64,000 bases of DNA from assembly GCA_951406725.2 (NCBI GenBank), contig OX597825.1, positions 71,610,001 to 71,674,000 of the forward strand. The letters are read 5' to 3'. The notes beneath the pieces were generated by a model. That model searched no databases. It was not told where the DNA came from and saw only the letters and a program-made list of their open reading frames with translations. Below, piece by piece: positions 41,640 to 54,914 of the stretch. Source of the stretch: Octopus vulgaris (taxonomy: Eukaryota). The position numbers and the translations under genes are program-made. The stretch's first letter is position 1. Every line of letters starts with the position of its first letter.

Positions 41640-44600
41640 AAGTATGAGTAGCTCTATGTCAGGCAATGAGAGACAAAAATGTATGAAAGGGACTGGAACA
41701 AGTTTTTCCATGTTGTGATTTTTCATTGCCTGGTTTTCCACAGAGTTTAAGACTTGTTGGCTACACTCAATCTGGATAAAGCATGAATATCAACCAATTC
41801 CTCTTCAGTCAAAGAATGTGGCCTTCAAACAAAAAAAAAGAAGAAAGAAATCACTATTCTGAAGTGTTGCTGGTTGGTCATAAACTAGCACTGTGATTAA
41901 ACATATACCTATGTTCAAAGATATTTCAGTTATGGCCACTCCAACTTGCTTTCAGAGTTGATGTATCTCAAAACTACATTTTCCAATGCAATGTGAACAT
42001 TTTTTTTCATATTGAAGGGCAATATAGGCGCAGGAGTGGCTGTGTGGTAAGTAGCTCGTTTACCAACCACATGGTTCCGGGTTCAGTCCCACTGCGTGGC
42101 ATCTTGGGCAAGTGTCTTCTGCTATAGCCCCGGGCCGACCAAAGCCTTGTGAGTGGATTTGGTAGACGGAAACTGAAAGAAGCCTGTCGTATATATGTAT
42201 GTGTGTCTGCATTTGTCCCTCTAGCATTGCTTGACAACCGATGCTGGTGTGTTTACGTCCCTGTCACTTAGCGGTTCGGCAACAGAGACCGATAGAATAA
42301 GTACTGAGCTTACAAAGGATAAGTCCCGGTGTCGATTTGCTCGACTAAAGGCAGTGCTCCAGCATGGCCGCAGTCAAATGACTGAAACAAGTAAAAGAGT
42401 AAGGGTGTAATTTGAGCTAAATCTGGCTGTTGTTTCTAGCAAGTGGAGTGACTACATGGAGAACCTCTCGTATGATGATGATGTCTCTAGGAACTTGTGA
42501 AAAAAATGATTTAAAGTTTAAAACCAAAACAGTAATTTAATATAAGATGCATGACTATGAACTGGTAAAAATTAAATACAAAGGCACAGGCATGGCTGTG
42601 TGGTTAAAAAGCTTGCTTCTCAACCATGTGGTTTGAGGTTCAGTCCTACTGTGCAGCAGCTTGGGCAAGTGCTTTCTATTATAGCCAGAAACTGACCATA
42701 GACTTGTGAGTAGATTTCATAGAAAGACAGTGAAAGAAGCATGTGTGTGTGTGTGTGTCTGGTTTGTTTACAGTTGCAGTTCTCTGAAAACTGCTTTATG
42801 CCGTCAAAGACATACTCTTTACTCTTTTACTCTTTTACTTGTTTCAGTCATTTGACTGCGGCCATGCTGGAGCACCGCCTTTTAGTCGAGCAAATTGACC
42901 CCGGGACTTATTCTTTGTAAGCCCAGTACTTATTCTATCGGTCTCTTTTGCCGAACCGCTAAATGACGGGAACGTAAACACACTAGCATCGGTTGTCAAG
43001 CAATGCTGGGGGGGACAAACACAGACACACAAACACATACATACATATATACGACAGGCTTCTTTCAGTTTCCGTCTACCAAATCCACTCACAAGGCATT
43101 GGTCGGCCCGGGGCTATAGCAGAAGACACTTGCCCAAGATGCCACGCAGTGGGACTGAACCCGGAACCATGAGGTTGGTAAGTAAGCTACTTACCACACA
43201 GCCACTTCTGCACCTATGTGGAATAAAATTTTTTAATCTAAAATCAAGTAAAAGTAAGTGACAGGAAAGGCATCTGATTGTAAAACAGCACCTCAATAAT
43301 TTCATCTAATCCATGCTAACATGGAAAAATGGATGTAAAAGGAAAATGAACAAATGATCAATGTCCTCAGCACAGACATGACTCACATTCTTATGAACCT
43401 ACAATCCCTCCTCGGTACTAGAAAAAAGATTCTCATTCCTAAGAGATTCACTCCTTTGTGGTGATTAAAGTGGGAGAAAGAATTAATGGCAGAGTTTTAT
43501 AATATATGTCCTTTGAAGTCCCATACCACATGAGAAAAAATAAGGGCTCAGAAATGGAGAGTGAGCAAAAATGTAGAGTGGCTGTGTGGTAAGTAGCTTG
43601 CTAACCAACTACATGGTTCCGCGTTCAGTCCCACTGCATGGCATCTTGGGCAAGTGTCTTCTGCTATAGCCCCGGGCCGACCAATGCCTTGCGAGTGGAT
43701 TTGGTAGACAGAAACTGAAAGAAGCCTGTCATATATATATATATATATATATGTACATATGTGTGTTTGTGTGTCTGTGTTTGTCCCCCTAGCATTGCTT
43801 GACAACCGATGCTGGTGTGTTTACGTCCCCGTCACTTAGCGGTTCGGCAAAAGAGACCGATAGAATAAGTACTGGGCTTACAAAAGAATAAGTCCCGGGG
43901 TCGATCTGCTCGACTAAAGGTAGTGCTCCAGTATGGCCGCAGTCAAATGACTGAAACAAGTAAAAAAAAATAGTAAATATATATATATATATTTTTTTTT
44001 TGCAGAATCGTAATTTCCATTGTCAGAAACACAGGAAGAATACTAAAAAAAAAAAAAGAGAATGGAGGAGGAGAAAAATAACTATCCTTTTTTTTTTTTT
44101 CCATAAGGTATTATTAGACTTTGAGATGCAGCTATTCCAAAATTCTGCCAAATTAATTAAGCACAAGGTGAAATCAAGTCTACTTTGACCTGGTTTCCAT
44201 ACTCCACAAAGATAGGCAACTAGATTCAAACCTATCAGATTCCTCTGTTCCTTTTCCTCGGGGTTTTCACAACAGCAAAACGTTGTCATTTACAACATGA
44301 TTTAATGTTTGTAAAGCATTTGGGAAAAGTAATGATCAACTTCTAGCAACTGTCAGCAGAAACTGTTCCTGTCAATTATATCTTGCAAAGAATTCCAGTC
44401 CGGTGTCTACACAAAGACTACCAGATCAATTTCAATGAAAAGTAGAACAAAGTTTTAAAACATAGCATATTATGTAAGAAAAGTATCCCAAATTGAAGAC
44501 TTTATGGCATAATTAGTTTGACGCCCATAAAACCTTGTTTAATGATTCATAAACCTTTAAATGAAATTTGCCAAAGTTAAGTTTTTCAAAGGTGTAGGAT

Positions 44601-44770
44601 GATGATTATGGTGACAAACTTTGTTTTCTTTTTTTTTTTACACCTTTGAAAATTAATTTTTGCAAAATTTCACTAATGTTACTAGTAAATTACAAAAATA
44701 TAGTTAAACATTATTTAGTTGCTAATTACAAGAATACATTTAAGAATATCGGCATAGTTGCTAATTACAA

Positions 44771-44801
<31 letters not shown>

Positions 44802-44815
44802 TAGAGAGAGAGACG

Positions 44816-44861
<46 letters not shown>

Positions 44862-47085
44862 AGAGATACACACACATATATATATATATATATTCATCAT
44901 CATCCGCTTTCCATGCTGGCATGGGTTGGACGTTTGACTGAGGACCGGTGAGCCAGAAGGCTGCACCAGGCTTAATCTGATTTAGCCAAGTTTCTACAGC
45001 TGGATGCCCTTCCTAACACCAAGCACTCCTAGAGTGTAGTGGGTGCTTTTATGTGCCACAGGCAAGAGGGCCAGTCAGGTGGTTCTGGCAACGACCATGC
45101 TCAAAAGGTGTTTTTTACGTGCCACCTGCACAGGAGCCAGTCCAGGAGCACTGGTAACGACTATGCTCGAATGTTGGTTTTCACATGCCACCAGCACATG
45201 TGCCAGTAAGGCAACGCTGGCAATGATCATGCTTGAATGGTGCTTTTTACATGCCACCAACACAGGAGCCAATTTGTGGCCCTAAATTACAAATCGTGGA
45301 GGTGCGTGGTTTAGTGATTGTAAGATTGTGGTTTCAATTCCAGGACCACATGAAGCTTTGTGTTCTTGAGCAAAACACTTCATTTCATGGTACTCCAGTC
45401 CACTAAGCTTGTAAAAATGGGCAATCCTGCAACGGATTGGCATCTTGTCTGGGGGGATGGGTATATATATACCAAAGAATCTGGGAAACCAGCTTTATAA
45501 GAGCCTGTGGTTGAGGAAGGACCTTTGATCCCTTTTTCTTCTTTCTTTTCAAGTTGCTAATTACTAATTAATTACAAGAAAATGTGTAAGGATTGTTTAG
45601 TTGATCATTACAAGAATACATATAAGGATTCCTTAGTTGCTAATTGTAAAACTATTAGTAAGGATTGTGAAAATACATATAGGGATCACTTAGCTATGAA
45701 TTGCAAGAATATATGTAAGGATTACTTAGTAGCTAATTCGATATGATATTTAATAAGGTTAACTTTAAAGCAGCAAATAGCCCAAATTAAAAACAAAAAA
45801 AGAAGTAAAATACTAGCATAAATTTAAGTTGTAGCCCAATCTGGCCGACCTTGCATGTAGATATACAGATCAAATTAACAGGTGGGATCAGCTTGAAACA
45901 ATGTGAGAAGTCTGGATCTTTGAAAAGAGAGAACAAAGGAGTTGTAGTGGGCTGGTGCTTCATTTATCAATATTGAATTACAAATTCACTTCGGCAGGAT
46001 ACGAGGTCAGAGCGCAGAGGAACAAAAGACTGGGGAGAAATGCAAAGCATTTTATCCAAGGATTTCACAATTCAGTCAGTTTTGCTACCTTATGATTTCC
46101 CTAAGTATATTGATCGATTAGCTTAGAATGAACTTCATCTCTTGAGTTCCAAGCACATTTCAGGCAAGGTTATTGTATAAAGCTTCGTACCACCTTTCAT
46201 AAAGAGAATGGAGTGCAATTTGTTTAAAAGTTTCATTTCATTTTGCTTCTTTAACTTTCCGGTTCAAAATTCCGTTGAGATCGATAAAATAAGTACCAGT
46301 TGAAAAGTGGGGTCGAGATAATCAACTTGTTCTCTCCGCCTAAAATTGCTGGCCTTGTGCGATAATTTGAAACTCTTTCTCTCTCTTTTAACTTTTTAGT
46401 TTGAATTCTAAGGTCTCAACATCGTCTTTCATTCCTCCAAAGATCAAAATTGTATTTGTGATGATTGTTACATTGAAATTTTCTCCTCTTTTCTAATTTG
46501 TATCCTTGAACCAATGAAGGAAATCACTATTCGTCTCAAGTGTTACCCATACTTCATTCTTTCGATGAAAGTAACCAAAACCAGTACGGGTCAGGAGTTT
46601 TGAATAACACACGACTTGGAATAATAACTCTGTTGGTTATCTACAATTAAGTTAAGACTGAGCGAAGAAGAAGCACAAAGTGAGCAGTTGAGTAAGTTCA
46701 AGAAAAACAGTGAACTTGAAAATAACCACCTGATAGATTTGGTAAACTGTATTAGGGACGATGACAGCCATACAGAAATATTTACAGAGGTGAAGGAGGA
46801 AGGATAAGGGTGCAAGAAGTATTCTGTAGAGTAAGGTTTGTGAATATATGATTACTATTATTACTGAATGCAAAATGTCAGATTACACACGCACAGACAC
46901 ACACCGGTTTAGTGGACGAAAAGAGAAACAGAGCAATATTTATTTTTAATCGACTGAAAATGACTCGAGGCACTCATCAAAGCTTAACATGTTATGCAGA
47001 AGTCTCGGCTGTAGAGACACTTTTGTAACTTTTCGCTGATAGATATATGTAAGATCAGACAAGAAAAGTAAAAAACGAGAATAAA

Positions 47086-47132
<47 letters not shown>

Positions 47133-47308
47133 AATTAATAAATAAAACATATGCATATATACATGCATATATGGGTACAGGACATATATATATATTAGAA
47201 GGTTTGGAGATGATGTACAGGTATTTTATATTAGAAGAAATGAGGTACTCAGAAATTCGGATGGTTTTATATTTACAGATATTTATTTGTATATTACATG
47301 TTTTTATA

Positions 47309-47356
<48 letters not shown>

Positions 47357-48799
47357 TTATTATTATTATTATTATTAGCTATGAGGATACATGTCTGAGG
47401 AGCCTTGGGTTTCGTTTCAAAAGTACTTGTTAAAATAGACAAGTATCAAGTTTCACATGTGATTCGAAACGAAAATCCAAGCGCTTGAGTAACGTTGTGT
47501 TACCACAGTTCATTATAACAAACTGCATGGGTGTGTGCGTATTAGAGGGTGGCATTCATGTCGTTACAGTACACGTGGAAGTTGACAAAATTGTGTTGAC
47601 GTGAGAAAAAGTTAAGTGATATACGAAGTTGGAGGTGGCAAAAGAGAAAGACGGTGATGTGGGCAATCTGTCCATGTGTTAAATTAGGAAAAGTGAAAAA
47701 AAAGATGTCTTTGTGTTTATATGCATATACTATCCATTGTGGTGTGTTCATAACCATGTGTTTAAGTGAAACAGGAGGAAAGAATCTCCCATGCAAGCTG
47801 AATGGTGAAGTATTTATGTACATTTTCATGCTTGTAATATGTGCATACAAGGACTGTTGTTGCTTAGCAGCAAGTCAGCCTTGATCGAGCAGTCGTCTTA
47901 TCAAAGTCGTTTCTGTTGTGACCATCCCAGCTTTTTTTGCATATTTATGGTTACGTTGATCAACACGTCCTTCCTTTACGACGGTTGGGGGTGGTTCGAG
48001 GGAGATCTGGCCGTAATTTCTCGCAGGTTGAGCAATTATGTAGGTCGTGTGTGTGCAAGTAGTAAGTGATACGCGGTCTAGTTCTAAGAGACATGGTGTT
48101 TTGCATATCGGAGACGAAAAGAGTGTCATTAAAGACATATGAAAAAAAAAATCTTAGAATGAAATGCGATTACGACGTGTATTAAAAGCAAGGTGGGTCT
48201 CTGAGTGTAATTAAGGGTTTCACTAAAATGTGTATATGGCTGATTCGCCCCAGGACAGCCCTGATCGAGCGGCGTAAGATCAAAAACAGTCCTGCCGCGA
48301 CTGTTCTGTTCTTTTTTCCTACATGCAGAGAGGGAACCCAGGACTTATATCATTCAACGTATTCATTTCTTAGACGATAAAGTGTGATTTGTGGGAGATT
48401 CGGCTGTTATTCCTAACAAGCCGATCAACCACGTAGAGGATCCCGTTTTGTCTCGGGTGGGTATAGGTGAAATATGCACATGGGTACGTGTATGTGGTGT
48501 TGTAAATAAGAGCAAGTTTGTGTAAGCGATGGGCGATTTGTTGTGAATTAAGATCAATCACTGTGTGTGTGAATGGTGTGTTGCGGCGTCAAACTATGAT
48601 TTTGTGCGCACAGACACATATATGGAAGAGAGGTGTAAACGTGACGATGCAATTCTTAGGTAGAAATACAAATCGTTTGTTTTTCTTTTGTATTTTCAGC
48701 ACAAACAGAAAGGTTGTGAAGTTTATGCTTCAACAGACTACAATAAATAAAATAAAGCTTAATAAAGAAAAAAAAAGATTTAAAGAAAAAAAAACTGAC

Positions 48800-48971
48800 C
48801 GTTGAGTTGGGACGATAAAGATTCTCTGTCTCTTTTAAACTTCTCACTAACAATTTCGGAATGTCGAAGGCGGGACTGGATGTCATGATACATATAGACA
48901 AAATACATTAAAGACACCAAGGTTATGGCAATCAGTAGATTCCGGATTGCAGCTCCGTTTCGCTTGATCAT
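48800..48971 (-). CDS. GOLIM4: First coding exon of a GOLIM4 (GPP130)-like type II Golgi membrane protein
   Basis: MIKRNGAAIRNLLIAITLVSLMYFVYMYHDIQSRLRHSEIVSEKFKRDRESLSSQLN: short basic N-terminus, signal anchor, then coiled coil, closely resembling vertebrate GOLIM4 (..YYELQTQLRKAEAVALKYQQHQESLSAQLQ). Ends at a phase-1 donor AAC G|GTCAG at 48800/48799. No downstream exons were confidently found in this window. Confidence 0.8.
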
Positions 48972-51204
48972 ACTTTTTTCACTGGTTTGGAGTCGTTTAC
49001 ACAGATGTTGTTGGATGGACACAAGTAAAAAAAAAAAGAAAAATTAGATAAGCGTGTAAACCTATATGTATGAATGTATATATGTGGATGTGGACGTGGA
49101 TAGATGGAGTGGCTAGAAGTATGTAATATATAAATATATAATATATATTATACTTTCGTACTAATTATTTGCTGACGTTGTTATTACACTTGCTTTTAGT
49201 ATCGGTCTGGTTGTTCGTTGCAGGGCTATTTAAGAAAGGTTATTAAATTTTCCTTTTTGTGTTCTCTAACTCCCTAAGACATCGATCTATCTATCAATAC
49301 ATCTATTTAGCTATCGATCCATCATCTATTGATCTTCAGTAAATATTTTCGTGTATGTGAGTGCATACGTATCCTATATTACTCCGAGACGTTCTCTTCC
49401 TGTCGTTAGCTACTAACTATGGTACCAAGGCCACTAAGACTTCTGTTAACTATGTGTTTGTGCGTGTATGTGTGTATGTGGCTATGAGAGGGTACATGTG
49501 TCAGCAATAAGTGTGTGATAACTATACGTGTATGTCTACTAACACCAAAGCAAACACTAATAACGATTTGTCAGTGTATGGATACATGTGAGAATATGCG
49601 GAAATTTGCATACTGGCACACACACACACACATACATACATATATATATATATGTGGTTGTATATGCATGAGAATCTAGAATATAGACATGTGAATTCAT
49701 CTACTATAATACGGTCTATACCAAAACAAATGGCATTTGTTTTCTAGTAGGCTATACGTGTGTGTATACATGCGTTTGTGTACCTATAATTGCCTGCGAA
49801 CGCATAAGTTTTATGTGTTACGACAAAGAAGCTAAACGTAAACCTCATTAATTGTGATTTTCGTGCGTAGAGAAAAAAATCTGACATTATTTGTATGTCC
49901 CTAAATGTGTGTGTGTTGTAATCAGTGTACAGTTTTGTTTTGTTTTTTTTTTTTCAAAAATGTGTATGCTTATAACTACTTACGAATTCATTTATCACTG
50001 TATATAAATGCCAATATATATCGATCTCTTTGTCTTTCTCTATGAATAAATATTGACAGAGGTGGATATGCGATACGGGTTTGTGTGCGCGCGTCTGCCC
50101 AGCTATGAGTTAATCACTCAGAAGAAACTTTTACTGCCTTCAGACGGCCCACCTGACACGTCATTTATCGACTAAACTGCACTTGAGTCGAAACTGGCCT
50201 ATTGTAGTGTCCAGGGGCGATGTTTTCCTTCTTCCTTAGGTTCTTACTTCAACTTTTGCGGAGGTCAGTTTTGCTATTTATCCCTCCTGGTCGATAAATA
50301 AAAGTACCAGTCAAGTACTAGAATTGGTGCTGTCGATTAACCCACATCCGCTAAACATTTCTGGACTTGTGCTTTAATTAGAAATTTTTATATAGCCACT
50401 GGACCAACGTAAAACAATACAGCTATATTTATTTCAAGGAGTTAATGAAATATAAAATACATACTGATGTAAATAAATTTGAGAATATGTTTAAAACGTT
50501 TAGATATATATGATAGATTTTATATTAATATAAAATGATATATTTATCATAAGGTCTCAGTATATAGTGAAAACCAAGTGAAAAATAAACAACGTAGATA
50601 GATCTGAGAATGATTTTTCTTTTCTTAGTTGAAGCAATTTCACTTTATTATTCCCTGGGAAAATATGTTTGCCCACAACCTTTAATTCTACTTCAAATAA
50701 ATAGGGTGTTTGTCGAACAGAAACCAATATTATAACATGTTGGGATGTTTTAATCCTGAAAAAAAAAAAAGCATTTATCACAGGTTTTCTCTTAGTTTCA
50801 AATTTCACACATTATATCAAAAATTGTTGAATGTTTCTCTTGAATAGCTTCCACCCACCAAAAAAAAAAAAAAAAAACACAAAATTTTAGGGTGACGTAT
50901 ACGAAGACAGAGAATATTTAATTTCCCCCTAACAATCAACATTAGGGACGTGAGAAAAATGAATTGGATTCAATCGTGATTCGAACCTGAATTGCCGATA
51001 TTCAGGTGACCGAGCCTAAATACTCCATTACATGAAATAGACAAGTATTTAATATCAGATATATCTAAACCGATTAACTACAAACACATGTGGTGTGACA
51101 TTTGAAGAGTATTTCAAATTACATTAAAATATTTTATTAAAAAATTTTATTAAAAATACCAAAATGTTTTGTTTAGAAATTTTGGCGTCAAATTAAGGTG
51201 TGTA

Positions 51205-51220
51205 AACGTCACTTCCGGTT
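51205..51220 (-). promoter_or_regulatory. Overlapping ETS/CRE composite motif (CCGGAAGTGACG); candidate promoter element of the GOLIM4-like gene
   Basis: Minus strand reads AACCGGAAGTGACGTT, about 2.2 kb upstream of the GOLIM4-like ATG, in non-repeat CpG-retaining DNA. Confidence 0.4.
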
Positions 51221-51571
51221 TAGCTTTTACAACTTAATTTTTCTAGAGAGCGACTCAGTTATTGCACGGTGAAGGTAGTTTACTTCCGCATTAGAAGCTT
51301 TCATGTAATTATTTATAGTAGAGAGCGGCTCGCACAGTGGTCACAGTCTCTCTCTCTCTCTCTCTCTCCTCTTTTACTTGTTTCAGTCATTTGACTGCGG
51401 CCATGCTGGTGCACCGCCTTTAGTCGAGCAACTCGACCCCGGGACTTATTCTTTTGTAAGCCCAGTACTTATTCTATCGGTCTCTTTTGCCGAACCTCTA
51501 AGTAACGGGGACATAAACACACCAGCATCGGTTGTCAAGCAATGCTAGGGGGACAAACACAGACACACACA

Positions 51572-51622
<51 letters not shown>

Positions 51623-51777
51623 GTATAGAAATTAAATATAAAATATAAATTACAAAGTGGGACAAGAACGCAAAAACACACAAAGCGACGACAAAAAAAA
51701 AAACAGACGGGTCACTGGAAGCCTCTAATCTTCAGTCGGAACCGGATCATCTTAGCAATTTCGGCTGTTTAATCTCG

Positions 51778-51838
<61 letters not shown>

Positions 51839-52871
51839 TACGACAGGCTTCTTTCAGTTTCCGTCTACCAAATCCACTCACAAGGCTTTGGTCGGCTCGA
51901 GGCTATAGTAGAAGACACTTGCCTAAGGTGCCACGCAGTGGGACTGAACGTGGAACCATGTGGTTGGTAAACAAGCTACTTACCACACAGCCACTCGGTT
52001 ACATAATATTGAAAATATTTTCATTTTGTTGAGTTTGGAGGGAGTATTCATATTGAGCACAGGCGTTATCTAAACGCGACACAGTGCGAACTAGTTTTAT
52101 AATTTCCGTCACCTTTCGTTTTTTATTCGTGTCTAATTGTTATATATTTGGGAGTCGCTGGTAATCCTGAAGAATAGAGTCGGAAATTTTCCAGATCACC
52201 AAAAGCCGTAACCTCTTCGGATTTGTATGTTTTAAACATCGAAGATTGGTACTACGTAAGAAGAGTGGTCCCGGTGCGCGTACTCGCGTATCCGTGCTAG
52301 CTAGTCATGACTACCCTAGCAAAGTAAATAAAACACAAAATAAATAATTTACTGTTTATCCTTCCTGGTCGATAAATAAAAGTACCAGTCAAGTACTAGA
52401 ATCGGTGCTGTCGATTAACCACATCAAAATTTTATTCCTCCCACCTTAAAAACTTCTAAAAAAAATTTTTTTTTTATTCGAAACGAAACCTAACAAAATA
52501 ATTGAATTTGTGAAAATCTATATTTGCATAATCGTAAAGCAGAAATCTGAAAAAATATTTTGAAGAAAAAAAAAATCAAAAACAAAAATGTTCGGAAAAG
52601 GGGAGGGGGAATATTTCAAATTTTATTTTTTTATTTGCGCCAGTCATCAGACTGCGGCCATACTCGGGTACTGATTTAAAGGGTTAAGACGAGCAATATC
52701 AAACTTAGAACTGGTACTCATTCTATTGGTCTATTTTGACGAACGACTAGATCATGGGGATGTAAACGAACCAACAGCCAGTCGGTTGCTCCACCTCATT
52801 TATCAATGTTTCATTTCCGAAATCATAGAACTTCTCACCTCTCTTTTCCTTCATTTCTAATGACATTCTTC

Positions 52872-53281
52872 GGATCTTTTCTGTTTGACCGACAGTTTTT
52901 AAAATAATTTCCACGTAACTAAAAAAATTTAAACTTCGTATACTGGTAGAATGCGTTTATAAAACATCTTTTTCTCTTGGCTTTATTGAGAAAATTCTAT
53001 AGTTTGTAAGATATTTGTTGGGTTTTTTTTCTTCAATTTCTGCAATTTCAACCAATCAATGACGTCCATTGAGGTGAAAACATTCTGTGCCGTATGAATA
53101 TGTCCCTCGTTTAAGAAACAGATTGGGTTTATTTTCATTTCTGAAGAAAAAAAGATACCCTTCCCCCCACCCCTAACCCTAACTCTAACCCTAAAACAGA
53201 TTGAAATGCAATAGATCGATACTACGGTCATAATTATGGGTGACAATTTCATATGACACTGCTAGAAAAAACTGCCGTTCA
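52872..53281. mobile_element. MITE, same family as 54505-54914, opposite orientation
   Basis: Left TIR ggatcttttctgtttgacc, clipped right TIR ctgccgttca; internal ccctaaccctaa. Confidence 0.75.
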
Positions 53282-53658
53282 TGCTGCACAATTCCCCTCG
53301 ACTCATTCCGTCCACATCTCTCCTGGCATCTATTGCTTGTTACGATACATCTTTTCCATTCAACGTGTTTCCTAAGTAATAAAATGTTTTCGCACTTTCT
53401 GTCGGCACGTCATAATCATGATCCAGCTCAACGGTCCCTCTACTTTACACCTTACAATTTAATTAATAACCCTGCCACATTAATTAATAATCCTCTTACA
53501 TATTACACTTTCGATGAACCCAGCCAGCACGTATGAAATTTTTATGAAATTTACTCCAATACACACCCTGTCACATTGCACTTGACCACTTTCCTCTACT
53601 TTCCACCTTACCACATGCCTCTTCTCGTCATCCTATTTAAACTCAATATATATTCCTT

Positions 53659-53964
53659 GTGGAGGCGCAATGGCCCAGTGGTTAGGGCAGCGGACTCGCG
53701 GTCGTAGGATCGCGGATTCGATTCCCAGACCGGGCGTTGTGAGTGTTTATTGAGCGAAAACACCTAAAAAGTTCCACGAGGGTCCGGCAGGGGATGGTGA
53801 TCCCTGCTGTACTCTTTCACCACACTTTCTCTCACTCTTTCTTCTGTTGGCCTGCTCGCTTAGCCAGCGGGGTGGCGTCATTCGAAGGCTAAAACAATGC
53901 GAACGCATTGTGACCAGCGATGTGTAACTACATCTGATGGTCTGGTCGGTCACGTGATCACGTG
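53659..53964 (+). mobile_element. tRNA-derived SINE with RTE-like 3' tail and 11-bp TSD
   Basis: Head gtggaggcgcaatggcccagtggttagggcagcggactcgcgg..gttcgattccc-like; TSD atatattcctt at 53648-53658 and 53965-53975. Related copies at about 3665-3950, 6795-7100, 35524-35828, 45296-45520 and 55637-55830. Confidence 0.9.
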
Positions 53965-54098
53965 ATATATTCCTTACATCTATTTATCTTCTCATTCAAA
54001 CTTTCCATGCTCCTTCATATTAACACCAAATGATCTCATCATCATCATCAACATTTAACGTCCGTTTTCCAAGCTGGCATGGGTTGGACGGCTTGACA

Positions 54099-54315
54099 GG
54101 CGGCGAGCTGGCAGAAACTTTAGTACGCCGGACGAAATGCTTAGCCATATTTCGTCTGAGTTCAAATTCCGTCGAGGTCGAGTTAGCCTTTCATCCTTTC
54201 GGAGTCGATAAATTAAGTACCAGTTACACACTGGGGTCGATATAAACGACTTAATCCATTTGTCTGTCCTTGTTTGTCCCCTCTGTGTTTAGCCCCTTGT
54301 GGGTAATAAAGAAAT
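54099..54315 (+). mobile_element. SINE family B (gcctttcatcctttcggggtcgataaa central domain); representative copy
   Basis: ggcggcgagctggcagaa head and aataaagaaata tail. Other copies or tandem multimers at about 8510-9080, 9965-10335(-), 19395-19555(-), 21055-21285 and 23955-24385(-). Confidence 0.8.
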
Positions 54316-54504
54316 ATATTTAAACTCAATATATATTCCTTACATCTATTTATCTTTTCATTCAAACTTTCCATGCTCATTCATATTAACACCAAATGAT
54401 CTCATCATCATCATCAACATTTAACGTCCGTTTTCCAAGCTGGCATGGATTGGACGGCTTGACAGGAACTGGCAAGGCCCGGGGATGTGCCAAGTTCCAT
54501 TGTC

Positions 54505-54914
54505 GGATCTTTTCGGTTTGAACGGCAGTTTTTTTCTTGAGGTGTCGTATGAAATCGTCACCCATAATTATGACCCTAGTATCGATCTATTGCATTTCTA
54601 GCTGTTTTAGGGTTAGGGTTGGGGGGGGGGTATCTTTTTTTCTTCAGAAATGTAAATAAACCCAATCTGTTTCTTAAACGAGGAACATATTCATACGGAA
54701 CAGAATGTTGTTTACCTAAATGGACGTCAGTGGTTGGTTAAAATTGCCGAAATGCAAGAAATTAAAGACGAAATATGTTACAAAATACAGAATTTTCTCA
54801 AGAAAGCCAAGAGAAAATGATGTTTTATAAACACATTCTACCAGTATACGAAGTTTAAAATTTCTTAGTTACCTAGAAATTATGTTAAAGCTGCCGTTCA
54901 AACCGAAAAGATCC
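54505..54914. mobile_element. MITE with ggatcttttcggtttgaacggcag TIRs
   Basis: ~24-bp TIRs; inserted within a GAT-tailed SINE; inverted sister copy at 52872-53281. Confidence 0.8.

Noticed and set aside
46635-46806. Coding-looking acidic stretch on the plus strand (LRLSEEEAQSEQLSKF...)
   Set aside because: No ATG or clear acceptor, no recognisable family, and antisense to the inferred intron.
51700-51780. Hammerhead-like CTGAAGA on the minus strand
   Set aside because: No correctly placed GAAA or stem II downstream of the core.
52355-52425. ~70-bp near-identical duplicate of 50277-50348
   Set aside because: A local copy of a SINE fragment; no functional implication evident.
53659-53735. 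tRNA gene
   Set aside because: The tRNA-like head continues into a SINE body with tail and TSD, and has several diverged copies; no proper acceptor stem or terminator.
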